The notes beneath the pieces were generated by a model, which was not told the DNA's origin, did not search any database, and was given only the letters and a program-made list of their open reading frames with translations. A DNA stretch of 64,000 nucleotides from an uncultured Bacteroidaceae bacterium (lineage in GTDB: Bacteria; Bacteroidota; Bacteroidia; Bacteroidales; Bacteroidaceae), in contig CAYYEL010000004.1 in assembly GCA_964470845.1 (NCBI GenBank), forward strand, positions 13 to 64,012, given 5' to 3'. This document shows, one piece after another, positions 18,179-27,618 of the stretch (position 1 is its first letter; every line of letters starts with the position of its first letter). A program made the position numbers and the translations under genes.

Positions 18179-20190
18179 TTATTACTCTTACGGTTCTTTT
18201 TCAGCACAAGCGCTGTGCGAGCGGGCAAATATAGTTGCAACCAGCCTTTTTTGCGACGTGCGTGCAGTTTATCGTACTGTGTAAAGTGTGTCTGGCTTTC
18301 ATCGACCAATCCGTAGCCTCCGAATCGCTCATTGTCGCTGCTCATCAGTATTGAGTAGTCGCCCTCGGGGACAAGCAGACCATAGTCGGTGAACGAGCGT
18401 GTAGGATGGAAGTTAAAGACAAAAATAAGGTCGCGGCGCGAGAAGGCAAGCACTTGGTCGCCGTCGTTGTGCCAAATTTCTTTTACGGGGCGCTCTTGGA
18501 AATTCTTCGCACCACCTATAATCTTTGTCATTTCTTTATCAAACTCGCCAAGCACGGTGTAGAAATAGTCGGGATTATCGACAAGGCTCCATTGACGGCG
18601 GGCATATTTGTGGCTCCATCCGTTACCCTCACGCGGGAAGTCTATCCACTCGGGATGACCAAATTCGTTACCCATAAAGTTAAGATAGCCACCGTTAATT
18701 GTAGCAAGGGTAATAAGGCGTATCATCTTGTGCAACGCAATTCCGCGTGTTACAGTACCTGTCTCGTCGCCACGTTTGAAGTGCCAGTACATATCGGCAT
18801 CTATCAGACGGAAGATGATTGTCTTGTCGCCAACGAGTGCTTTGAAGCAGAAGACGGCATACGAGATTGTCTTTTCGTCCTTGCGGCGATTGGTGAGTTC
18901 CCAGAATATTGATGAGGGCTTCCAATCCTCGTCGCGACACTCTTTGATAACCTTTATCCAATAGTCGGGTACGTTCATTGCCATACGATAGTCGAAGCCG
19001 TAGCCTCCATCCTCGATGGGCGCTGCAAGACCGGGCATTCCCGATACTTCCTCGGCAATGGTTATTGCCTTGGGGTTAACCATATGGATGAGACGGTTGG
19101 CGAGTGTCAGATAACATATTGCATCACCATCCTGATGGCCGTTAAAGTAGTCGCCATAGCTACAGAAAGCCTCGCCAAGGCCGTGGCTGTAATATATCAT
19201 TGATGTTACGCCGTCGAATCGGAATCCGTCGAATTTGTACTCTTCGAGCCAATATTTGCAGTTAGAAAGCAAGAAGTGTACTACCTCGTTCTTGCCATAG
19301 TCGAAGCACAGCGAATCCCACGCCGAGTGCACGCGGCGCTCGCCCGAGTGGAAATATTGCGCAGGGTCGCCATCGAGCAGCCCAAGACCTTCGAGCTCGT
19401 TCTTAACTGCGTGTGAGTGGACAAGATCCATAATTACGGCAAGTCCCATACCGTGTGCAGTATCGATGAGTTCTTTCAACTCCTCGGGTGTTCCAAAGCG
19501 CGATGAGGGCGCAAAGAAATTAGATACGTGATAACCGAAGCTACCGTAGTAGGGGTGCTCTTGTATGGCCATAATCTGTATGCAGTTGTAGCCATCGGCT
19601 GCTACGCGAGGCAGAATCTTCTCTTGGAATTCTTTGTATGTACCCACTTTTTCCTCTTCTTGTGCCATTCCAATGTGGCACTCGTAGATGAGCAGTGGTG
19701 ATGTTTTTGGGGTAAATTTTGTGTGTTTGAATTTATATTCCTCCTCGGGACACCACACTTGTGCACTGAATATTTTTGTTGCCTCGTCTTGCACCACGCG
19801 ACGTGTCCAAGCGGGGATACGCTCGCCGCAACCGCCATCCCAATAGACCTTCATCTTGTAGTGCTGTCCGTGCTGTAACGCTTTACGTGGCATACGACGC
19901 TCCCAAACACCGCCGGGCAAGGCTTTCAGCTCATATTCGGGACGTTCTTCCCAATTGGAGAAGTCTCCTACAAGCACTATCCTTTTAGCATTTGGTGCCC
20001 ACTCGCGGAAGCACCAGCCTGTCGATGTACGATGCAATCCGAAATAAAGATAACCCGATGCAAAGTCGGACAATGTCTGGCGTCCGTTCTTTGTCAATTC
20101 TTTCTCCCTTTGCAGAAAATAACGGTAGCGTCCGTCAATTTCAAGTGTGTAGGGCTCAAGGTAGCTGTCTCGTGCAATTAGGTTCAGCAT
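18175..20190 (-). CDS. glgB: 1,4-alpha-glucan branching enzyme (GH13, eukaryote-like subfamily) with atypical region IV
   Basis: 671 aa. GH13 regions I (DLVHSH), II (GFRFDGVTS) and III (IAEEVSG) are present. The expected [13 protein letters not shown] reads YAVFCFKALVGDK. Confidence 0.85.
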   Translation of the reverse strand: MLNLIARDSYLEPYTLEIDGRYRYFLQREKELTKNGRQTLSDFASGYLYFGLHRTSTGWCFREWAPNAKRIVLVGDFSNWEERPEYELKALPGGVWERRMPRKALQHGQHYKMKVYWDGGCGERIPAWTRRVVQDEATKIFSAQVWCPEEEYKFKHTKFTPKTSPLLIYECHIGMAQEEEKVGTYKEFQEKILPRVAADGYNCIQIMAIQEHPYYGSFGYHVSNFFAPSSRFGTPEELKELIDTAHGMGLAVIMDLVHSHAVKNELEGLGLLDGDPAQYFHSGERRVHSAWDSLCFDYGKNEVVHFLLSNCKYWLEEYKFDGFRFDGVTSMIYYSHGLGEAFCSYGDYFNGHQDGDAICYLTLANRLIHMVNPKAITIAEEVSGMPGLAAPIEDGGYGFDYRMAMNVPDYWIKVIKECRDEDWKPSSIFWELTNRRKDEKTISYAVFCFKALVGDKTIIFRLIDADMYWHFKRGDETGTVTRGIALHKMIRLITLATINGGYLNFMGNEFGHPEWIDFPREGNGWSHKYARRQWSLVDNPDYFYTVLGEFDKEMTKIIGGAKNFQERPVKEIWHNDGDQVLAFSRRDLIFVFNFHPTRSFTDYGLLVPEGDYSILMSSDNERFGGYGLVDESQTHFTQYDKLHARRKKGWLQLYLPARTALVLKKNRKSNK

Positions 20191-20256
20191 AGGAATAAAG
20201 GTTTTTGTTAATATTATTTTATTTCTTGTATTGTGCAGCTCAATGTGTTGCGCCTC

Positions 20257-20703
20257 TTACAGAGCGACTTTCAGAATCACTTTGCGCAGTTTCACCGGGG
20301 TTACTGCCGGAGCGTGGCCATCTTGCGGGAAGAATATTGTAAACATTCCTTTCTTTACGTTTACATAGTCGGTTGCCAACATTCCAACGGGATAGAGCGA
20401 TGCGTCGCCGGCTTCGTCATATTCACGTTCGGGCAACTCATTCTTAGCAATGTAGCCCATTACTTCGTCGGCTGTAAGGGGTATCTGTATGTCGATGTAT
20501 TTGCGGTGTATTTCAATGGGGGCTTCCTCTTTAGAGCGGGGCCCAACTTCCATTACGTTGGCAAAGACAAGGTCGCCACACACCTCGTTACGTCCAAGTG
20601 GAAGTGCTTCGAGATTGGTTGTCTGAATAAATTCTATTGCTTTTGCAAAATTGGGGTTCATTGCCTCGTAAGCCTTGATGTTGTCTAATGAATCGAGTAT
20701 CAT
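20257..20703 (-). CDS. YhcH/YjgK/YiaL family (DUF386) protein
   Basis: 148 aa. The N-terminus MILDSLDNIKAYEAMNPNFAKAIEFI is typical of the family. Confidence 0.7.
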   Translation of the reverse strand: MILDSLDNIKAYEAMNPNFAKAIEFIQTTNLEALPLGRNEVCGDLVFANVMEVGPRSKEEAPIEIHRKYIDIQIPLTADEVMGYIAKNELPEREYDEAGDASLYPVGMLATDYVNVKKGMFTIFFPQDGHAPAVTPVKLRKVILKVAL

Positions 20704-20723
20704 AGAAGTTAAATTTTAGGTTA

Positions 20724-22280
20724 TTACTTTTTATCTTTTTTGGTGTTTACTTGTTGTCCAAGATTATATTCGCACTCGCGCACTACGTTTCCGGTGCTGT
20801 CTTTCACAATAAAGTATCCGTGGCGCTGTCCCTCGACAAATGTTCCTTCGTAGCGATAGCCATTCTCATCGACTGCTACCCCTGCACCGTGCTCGTTACC
20901 ATCTTCGTAACCGCCGTTATATTTTAGGCCGTTCGAGAGGCGCAACACCCCTGCTCCATTCATTTTATCGTTCTTCCAGTCGCCTTCGTAAATATCGCCG
21001 TTGGCCCACGTATATTTTCCTTTACCGTGGCGCAGATCGTCTTTCCAATCGCCTACGTATATTGCTCCATTCTCGAATATCATTGTTCCTTTACCGTGGC
21101 GGCGTCCTTTTTCAAATGTTCCGTTGTACGACGCTCCCGATTTACTCTTGTACTCGCCTTGTCCTTGCCACTCGCCATCTACGTAGCCTCCTTCGTATGT
21201 GTCGCCGCTTGCAAAAATATATTTTCCGTGCCCGTGGCGAATGTCATTTTTCCAATCACCCTCATAGACGTCGCCGCCAACGAATGTGTATGTACCTTTG
21301 CCGTCGCGCACATTATTTTTCCACTCGCCGATATATTTGCTATTGTCGCTCCAAATAAATGTTCCGAGGCCCTCGTGAATATCGTTTTTCCACTCGCCTA
21401 CGTATGATGAGCCGTCGGCATAAAAGTAACTGCCCGAGCCCTCGCGCCTATCCTCGAACCAAGAGCCAACATAAATATCGCCATTGGGATAGGTCATTTT
21501 ACCGTAGCCGTGCTGATAATCGGCACACCAATCGCCATCGTAACATTTTCCATCTGCAAAATGGTAAATTCCTTTACCGTGCTGACGTCCATCGAGAAAA
21601 TCGCCCTCATAGGTCTCACCATCTTGGAAGCGATATTTGCCCTTGCCCTGCATTTTTCCTTTCACAAAACTCCCCTCATAGGTGTCACCATTAGGGAAAG
21701 TTATTTTTCCTGTTCCGTGCGGACGTTTGCCTTTCAGCTCGCCTATGTAAGATGAGCCATCCTTAAGGCGTATGGAGCGAATAGGATTTTTGGCACTTGC
21801 AGATTGCGCAGTTCGTGCAGCAGGCTTCAATGATTGGCCATCGGATACAAGCTTGTATATTTTACGGTTAGTGAGCGAATCGGTATCGGCGATTATTTTA
21901 GGCAGCCCTTCGGCCGATTGGCGCTCGTCGCAGAAGTCGCCCTCATAGACATTACCGTCCAAACTGCGATATTTGCCGGCACCCTCTATTCTGCCTTTTA
22001 CGAATGTTCCTTCAAAAATATCGCCATTGGTTAATATCAATTTCCCTTTTCCGTGTGGGAGTTTACCTTTAACCTCGCCTATATACGACGAACCATCCTT
22101 TAGGCGCATTGCTTTTTGATTTGTCTTGTTATCGTCGTCGCTATTTTCAAGAATCTCGGCCTGTTGAAGTAAGGGGGATAGAAAATGCCACGATGCAGCA
22201 CGATAATCGACGTACACAGTAGCCGATGCAAGCTCTGCAAAGAGAGAAAAAATAAGGAATGTAAATATATTCAGTTTCAT
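20724..22280 (-). CDS. Secreted MORN-repeat protein
   Basis: 518 aa with a signal peptide and many Y-x-G-(D/E)-W/F-x-x-G-x-x-x-G-x-G repeats (e.g. GDIYEGDWKNDKMNGAG). Confidence 0.85.
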   Translation of the reverse strand: MKLNIFTFLIFSLFAELASATVYVDYRAASWHFLSPLLQQAEILENSDDDNKTNQKAMRLKDGSSYIGEVKGKLPHGKGKLILTNGDIFEGTFVKGRIEGAGKYRSLDGNVYEGDFCDERQSAEGLPKIIADTDSLTNRKIYKLVSDGQSLKPAARTAQSASAKNPIRSIRLKDGSSYIGELKGKRPHGTGKITFPNGDTYEGSFVKGKMQGKGKYRFQDGETYEGDFLDGRQHGKGIYHFADGKCYDGDWCADYQHGYGKMTYPNGDIYVGSWFEDRREGSGSYFYADGSSYVGEWKNDIHEGLGTFIWSDNSKYIGEWKNNVRDGKGTYTFVGGDVYEGDWKNDIRHGHGKYIFASGDTYEGGYVDGEWQGQGEYKSKSGASYNGTFEKGRRHGKGTMIFENGAIYVGDWKDDLRHGKGKYTWANGDIYEGDWKNDKMNGAGVLRLSNGLKYNGGYEDGNEHGAGVAVDENGYRYEGTFVEGQRHGYFIVKDSTGNVVRECEYNLGQQVNTKKDKK

Positions 22281-22313
22281 TATTATCTTTTTATAATCTG
22301 TTTATGCCGGCTG

Positions 22314-22434
22314 TTTTACAGCGAGCGCAGGGCGTGTTCGCGTTAGCAAAGACGTCGGCAAGCGAGCAAGATATATAAAGCAACGCTTTAATATATTTTA
22401 CAGCGAGCGCAGGGCGTGTTCGCGTTAGCAAAGA
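22314..22434 (-). repeat. Two tandem units (82-bp period) of the promoter-box/hairpin repeat family
   Basis: The 39-bp segment ttttacagcgagcgcagggcgtgttcgcgttagcaaaga occurs at 22314-22352 and 22396-22434. The distal copy ends in caaagata (TAtcTTTG on the minus strand). Confidence 0.85.
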
Positions 22435-22476
22435 TAATAAGATTACCTTATAAAAGGCAAAAAAAACCGAATAAAT

Positions 22477-22508
22477 TAAGAAGCTGTTTAAATTTCTTTC
22501 AAAAGAAC
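22477..22508. repeat. Dispersed short repeat AGAAGCTGTTTAAATTTCTTTCAAA
   Basis: ttaagaagctgtttaaatttctttcaaaagaa. Related copies lie at 34921-34955 (opposite strand) and 45025-45124. Confidence 0.6.
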
Positions 22509-22588
22509 ATTTACATTACCGCCGTATGTAGTTATATTTTTATATTCTTTTTAGCTCCACTCCCCTTTTTCACAGCCACTTGAGACCG

Positions 22589-23851
22589 CTATGCGCCTAC
22601 AATAATTTGCGACATTGCCTCGGGTCGCAGATACTCGCGTGCCAACGAGCGCAACTCGGCAGCTGTTACAGAGCATACTGTATCGAGATACTCATTTACC
22701 GCCTCAAAAGATTGTCCCGAGAGCCATTGACTTATAAAAACTTCGGCTTTTGGGAGCACCCCCTCATATTCGCGGCACAACTCTCCCAACGTGTAATTTC
22801 TAACAAGCTCAAGCTCGTCATTCGAGATATACTCGTTCCTTAGAAGCGCCAACTCTTTGTCAACCTCGACAAGCAGAGGCTTCACATATTCATTATCCGT
22901 CTCGGTACTTATCATAAAAGCATTGCGGCTGCCATACGCGTCAACCTCGGCCTCAATATGATAAGTGTAACCGTTGCGTTCGCGTATATTGCTCATCAGC
23001 CGACTGCCAAAATACCCACCCAATATTACAGTCAGAAAGCGGAAACGATGAAAATCGGGATGCGACGCGTCCATCGTCATACACCCTACTCTTATTCCAC
23101 TCTGCAACACTCCGGCGAGTTCAATTTTCCTACTACCGAGAATCGGCCTCGGAGCATCAATCTGCACCCGAGGGGCACTCTTACAGCCCCACTCCTCCGA
23201 AAATCGACCTTCTATTGCAGCTATGCTCGCATCATTGACATTTCCCGAGAGGAAAAAAGCCATTGTCGCCGAGCCATACATCTTGCTGTGATATTGTTGC
23301 AACGCCTCACGGGTTATTGCATCATAATCCTCGGCCGAAACAATATGCCCCAAAGGATGCCCATCGCCCCACAGCGACTGCTCGAAATATCGCTGTGCGA
23401 CAACATCTACTTTGTGGCTGTTTATATGATAAAAAGCCTTATTATTTGCCCTTATTGTCTCTAAATTCTGTTGTGGAAATGTCGGACGTTTAAGCATAGA
23501 CTCCAACACATCCAACAAAGGGTTCAAATGACGCCCAAGCGTGTACAGAGTTATTCTGTTGCAATTCTGAAGCGAGTACATCTCAATCCACGCACCATAA
23601 TAATCGAGCATACGCGAAATTTCTTCGGTACTATAATCGTCCGTGCCCTCGCGCAACATTCTGTTTGTAAAAAGTGCCTGCAAAGGCAACGCTTGCACAC
23701 CGTATCCACCGCTTATAAGAATATCGATGCGTAGTACATCCTGCCTGCCACCTTTTATTACAAAGATGGGTATCCCGTTCGATAACACCGTCTTTTGCGG
23801 CATTATCAAACAGGGTTTTTCCATTTGTTTTATTCGAGGTGGGACGGGCAT
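22589..23851 (-). CDS. M16 (pitrilysin) family protein, non-catalytic type
   Basis: 420 aa with an M16-like fold. The HxxEH zinc site is absent (ALFTNRMLREGT stands where HFLEHMxFKGT is expected). The true start may be an internal Met (MEKPCL). Confidence 0.7.
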   Translation of the reverse strand: MPVPPRIKQMEKPCLIMPQKTVLSNGIPIFVIKGGRQDVLRIDILISGGYGVQALPLQALFTNRMLREGTDDYSTEEISRMLDYYGAWIEMYSLQNCNRITLYTLGRHLNPLLDVLESMLKRPTFPQQNLETIRANNKAFYHINSHKVDVVAQRYFEQSLWGDGHPLGHIVSAEDYDAITREALQQYHSKMYGSATMAFFLSGNVNDASIAAIEGRFSEEWGCKSAPRVQIDAPRPILGSRKIELAGVLQSGIRVGCMTMDASHPDFHRFRFLTVILGGYFGSRLMSNIRERNGYTYHIEAEVDAYGSRNAFMISTETDNEYVKPLLVEVDKELALLRNEYISNDELELVRNYTLGELCREYEGVLPKAEVFISQWLSGQSFEAVNEYLDTVCSVTAAELRSLAREYLRPEAMSQIIVGA

Positions 23852-23870
23852 AATTCAAGCAAAAAGCCTC

Positions 23871-24638
23871 TTAATCGTTCCAATCAAGACCTATCGACGC
23901 TGCAAACTCTTTGGCACGCTCAAGATCCTCGGGAGTATCAATGCCCACTGTTTCAATATCGGTTTTTCCCACTCTTATACGATAGCCGTTCTCAAGCCAA
24001 CGGAGCTGTTCGAGCGACTCGGCTTTTTCGAGTGGCGACTGTGGCAATGTGGTTATGCGCTCAAGAACATCTGTTCGATAGGCATATATTCCAAGATGCT
24101 TGTAGAATGTCTCGACGTTGAGCCACTGCGACTTATCGACACCACGCAGATAAGGGATAACCGAGCGGCTGAAATACATTGCAAAGCCGTTTAAATCCAT
24201 CACCACCTTGGGCGAGTTGGGACACTCAAGACGCTCAATGCCATCGCTCTTCTCAAAAGGTTTTACGAGCGTTGCAATATCTGTTTGAGGCGAATCGAAG
24301 CAAGCCATAAGTGCCTCGACCTGCTTGCGCTGTATAAAAGGTTCGTCGCCCTGTATATTTACAATTACGTCGCAATCGAGATTGAGGTTGCGATAAGCAT
24401 CCAGACAGCGCTCAGTACCATTCTTACACTGCTCGGAGGTCATAACAACATTTCCACCAAAGCCTCTGACACACTCGGCTATACGCTCGTCATCTGTTGC
24501 AACATAAAGAGTATCGAAACAATCCTGTACCTGTTCATAGACACGCTGTATCACTGTCTTTCCACCAAGCATAGCCAAAGGCTTGCCCGGAAAGCGCGTC
24601 GAGGCGTATCGAGCCGGGATAATTCCTGCAAATTTCAT
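23871..24638 (-). CDS. kdsB: 3-deoxy-manno-octulosonate cytidylyltransferase
   Basis: 255 aa with the motifs IIPARYASTRFPGKPL and IQGDEP. Confidence 0.9.
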   Translation of the reverse strand: MKFAGIIPARYASTRFPGKPLAMLGGKTVIQRVYEQVQDCFDTLYVATDDERIAECVRGFGGNVVMTSEQCKNGTERCLDAYRNLNLDCDVIVNIQGDEPFIQRKQVEALMACFDSPQTDIATLVKPFEKSDGIERLECPNSPKVVMDLNGFAMYFSRSVIPYLRGVDKSQWLNVETFYKHLGIYAYRTDVLERITTLPQSPLEKAESLEQLRWLENGYRIRVGKTDIETVGIDTPEDLERAKEFAASIGLDWND

Positions 24639-24674
24639 AGTATTCTTTTATTTATTGAATGATTATTTTCGTTT

Positions 24675-27056
24675 TTATTGGAAAAGGTCGTCGAAGCCAC
24701 CCGATGCGGTTGACGGGGCAGCCACAGAGGTATTGTCTTTTTTGAGCATTATCGTATCGCCCTCCTCGGTCATTGTAAAAATCTGTCCCAAGCAAGGGTC
24801 CCAACCTTTGGGAATATCGAATCGTTCCTCTTGCGAGTAAGGCAATGTCTTATCGGCATATACCTTATTCATATATATACCCCATATAGGCAGTGCCATT
24901 GATGCACCTTGTCCGTCGCTCATACGGTCGAAGTGAATATCGCGTTCCTCGCCTCCTACCCAACATCCGGTTACCAATGAGGGAGTAAATCCCATAAACC
25001 AACCATCTGAGTTATTCTGTGTGGTTCCGGTTTTTCCACCAATATCGGCAGTGAATTTATATATTCTGCGCAGACGTCCGCCTGTTCCTTCGTTGATTAC
25101 GGCACGTAACATCTCAATCATTCTATACGAGCTCTCTTCGCTTATCACCTCATTTTTTTGTGCAGTAAATGTTGCGACAGTGTTTCCTACATTATCCTCG
25201 ATACGTGTAACAAACAGAGGCGCAGTGCGTATTCCTTTACCCACAAATGCAGTGTAGGCACTAACCATCTCGCCCACCGAAGCGTCGCACACACCCAGAC
25301 AGAGCGAGGGTGTCGGCTCAATTTCCTTATTACGCAATCCGTATTGATGCAATAGTTTCTTGAATGAATAGGGATTGAGTTTACTCATAATATAAGCCGA
25401 AATCCAGTTGTTCGAGTTGGCAAGACCCCAACGCAGTGTTACCACCTCGCCGTATCGTGCCTTGGAGGTATTCTTGGGACTCCATATTTTTCCATCCTCG
25501 GTGAGCAGTGTCTGTTCTACGTTGCGTGTCTCATCACAAGGCGTAAAGCCATTCTCCATTGCCAACGAGTAAAGATAGGGCTTTATGGTCGAGCCAACCT
25601 GACGGCGGCCCATAAATGCCATATCATATTTGAAATTATAGTAGTTTGTTCCACCAACGTAGGCCTTAACCTCGCCCGTATGAGGGTCCATTGACACTAC
25701 TCCCGTTCTGAGGAAATATTTGTAATATTTTAGTGAATCCATTGGGGTCATCACAGTGTCTATGCTGCCATTGTAGCTAAAGACCTGCATATTTTCTTTA
25801 GTATTAAACGCCTCAATAATTTCGTCGTCGGTGGCACCATTTTTTTTCATTATACGGTAGCGGTCGCTCTGACGCATTGCACGCTCCATAATTTTGTTAA
25901 CTTCTTCGACTGTAAGTTCATCGGTAAAGGGCGCTGTTTTTTGTCCCTTCTTGGCCTTGAAGAAACGTGGTTGCAGATAATCGGCAACGTGTTCTTTTAC
26001 AGCCTCTTCGAGATACTGTTGCATACGCGAGTCAATGGTGGTGTATATTTTCAGTCCATCGGTATAAAGATTGTAGTTTGTGCCATCGGACTTTTTATTC
26101 TTGTTACACCAACCAAAGAGAGGGTTATTCTCCCAGTCGAGCGAATCTTCGTAGAATTTTTGCATCTCCCAACCGCGATAATTCTTTTTATCGGGTTTTT
26201 TGGCTGTCATCATAAGGCGCAGATACTCGCGGAAATAGGGCGCCGGGCCTGCTTTATGGTCGGCCGAGTGAAAATTGAGCTGAAGTTCAATCTGTTTCAG
26301 ACTGTCAGCCTCGGCCTCGGTAATATATCCGGCCTTGGCCATCTGTCCAAAAACCACGTTACGACGCTGTTTTGTTTTTTCGGGACGGCGACGGGGATTG
26401 TAAAGTGATGAATTCTTACACATACCCACCAGCATTGCAGCCTCTTGTACATTGAGGTCTTTAGGTGATTTCCCAAAGTATATCTGTGCTGCACTGCGTA
26501 TTCCCACTGCGTTGTATCCAAAGTCATATTTATTCAGATACATTGTTATAATCTCCTCCTTTGTGTAACGGCGCTCCAATTGTACGGCAATCACCCACTC
26601 GATAGGTTTTTGCATCATACGTTCCATTTCGTCCTCGGCCGTAACCTGTGTGTAGAGCAATTTTGCAAGCTGTTGAGTGATTGTACTGCCACCGCCGGCA
26701 CTCTCTTGACGCAATATTCCACGCTTGATAATTGCACGCAGCAATGCTCGTGCATCAATTCCCGAGTGCTCGGTAAAGCGTACATCCTCGGTTGCAATGA
26801 GCGCCTTTATAAGATTAGGAGAAATTTCATTATACTCGACAAGAGTGCGATTCTCTTTGCTATACGACCAAGTACCCATTACCTTTCCATCGGCCGAAAG
26901 CACCTGTGCAGCATATTTATACGAAGGATTTTCAAGCTCGGACATATCGGGCATATAACCTATCCACCCTTGTGCAATAGCAAAGAAAGTAAGAATCACT
27001 GCCATAATTCCGCCCAAGAGCAGCACCCATAGTGCTATCAATATCTTTTTTATCAT
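24675..27056 (-). CDS. mrcA: Penicillin-binding protein 1A (bifunctional transglycosylase/transpeptidase)
   Basis: 793 aa. GT51 motifs EDVRFTEHSGID and GGSTITQQL are present, along with transpeptidase motifs STIKP and KTGTT. Confidence 0.9.
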   Translation of the reverse strand: MIKKILIALWVLLLGGIMAVILTFFAIAQGWIGYMPDMSELENPSYKYAAQVLSADGKVMGTWSYSKENRTLVEYNEISPNLIKALIATEDVRFTEHSGIDARALLRAIIKRGILRQESAGGGSTITQQLAKLLYTQVTAEDEMERMMQKPIEWVIAVQLERRYTKEEIITMYLNKYDFGYNAVGIRSAAQIYFGKSPKDLNVQEAAMLVGMCKNSSLYNPRRRPEKTKQRRNVVFGQMAKAGYITEAEADSLKQIELQLNFHSADHKAGPAPYFREYLRLMMTAKKPDKKNYRGWEMQKFYEDSLDWENNPLFGWCNKNKKSDGTNYNLYTDGLKIYTTIDSRMQQYLEEAVKEHVADYLQPRFFKAKKGQKTAPFTDELTVEEVNKIMERAMRQSDRYRIMKKNGATDDEIIEAFNTKENMQVFSYNGSIDTVMTPMDSLKYYKYFLRTGVVSMDPHTGEVKAYVGGTNYYNFKYDMAFMGRRQVGSTIKPYLYSLAMENGFTPCDETRNVEQTLLTEDGKIWSPKNTSKARYGEVVTLRWGLANSNNWISAYIMSKLNPYSFKKLLHQYGLRNKEIEPTPSLCLGVCDASVGEMVSAYTAFVGKGIRTAPLFVTRIEDNVGNTVATFTAQKNEVISEESSYRMIEMLRAVINEGTGGRLRRIYKFTADIGGKTGTTQNNSDGWFMGFTPSLVTGCWVGGEERDIHFDRMSDGQGASMALPIWGIYMNKVYADKTLPYSQEERFDIPKGWDPCLGQIFTMTEEGDTIMLKKDNTSVAAPSTASGGFDDLFQ

Positions 27057-27140
27057 AATTATTGTCGCGAATTATCTATATTAAAACACATAAAAGCAAA
27101 TAACGCCGAATAGCGCAAATTACCACATAATATCATAGCG

Positions 27141-27403
27141 CAAAGATAATAACAAACGAGCGGAAAATATGAAGTTTACTTCAATATTTTACACAGCGAG
27201 TGCAGAATATCTTCGATATTTTTATCAAAGATACGAACAAACGAGCAAAAAACACAAAGTTCACTTTAGTGTTTTTTAAAGCGAGTGCAGAATATCTTCG
27301 ATATTTTTATCAAAGATAAGTACAAACGAGCGGAAAATATGAAGTTTACTTCAATATTTTACACAGCGAGTGCAGTATATCTTCGCTGTAAACAGCAAAG
27401 ATA
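27141..27403 (-). repeat. Three tandem 85-bp units plus a terminal box of the promoter-box/hairpin repeat family
   Basis: caaagata boxes (TAtcTTTG on the minus strand) sit at 27141, 27226, 27311 and 27396, exactly 85 bp apart. Units 1 and 3 are near-identical. Unit 2 differs in the hairpin arms but keeps the pairing. Confidence 0.9.
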
Positions 27404-27618
27404 CAAAAAATCCAATTACTATAATACCCTATTAACTAAAAACTGCTAACTGCAAGAAAAACTTATAGACGAGGACGATGTTTTTTGCCGCAGCCACAAA
27501 CAACTAAAAATAAAATTGACACATTGATGCAAATAAGCCAATTTATTCATTCGATATTTCGATATTTTATATACCTTTACGGGGAAATATTCTGTTACAC
27601 AAATGTAAACCACTCAAT

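Noticed and set aside
18841-18855. A GAAGAC (BbsI) site lies within the anomalous glgB segment and might suggest an engineered sequence.
   Set aside because: A single 6-bp site is expected by chance many times in 64 kb, and nothing else suggests construction.
22589-23851. M16 protein without the HxxEH zinc site, considered as a noteworthy pseudoenzyme.
   Set aside because: Non-catalytic M16 partners are common and normally pair with an active subunit that may be encoded elsewhere. This is not unusual on its own.
27141-27403. Tested whether the regularly spaced repeats upstream of PBP1A are a CRISPR array.
   Set aside because: The whole 85-bp unit repeats, so there are no unique spacers between short repeats. 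The units contain promoter boxes and hairpins, no cas genes are nearby, and related units occur singly at other loci.
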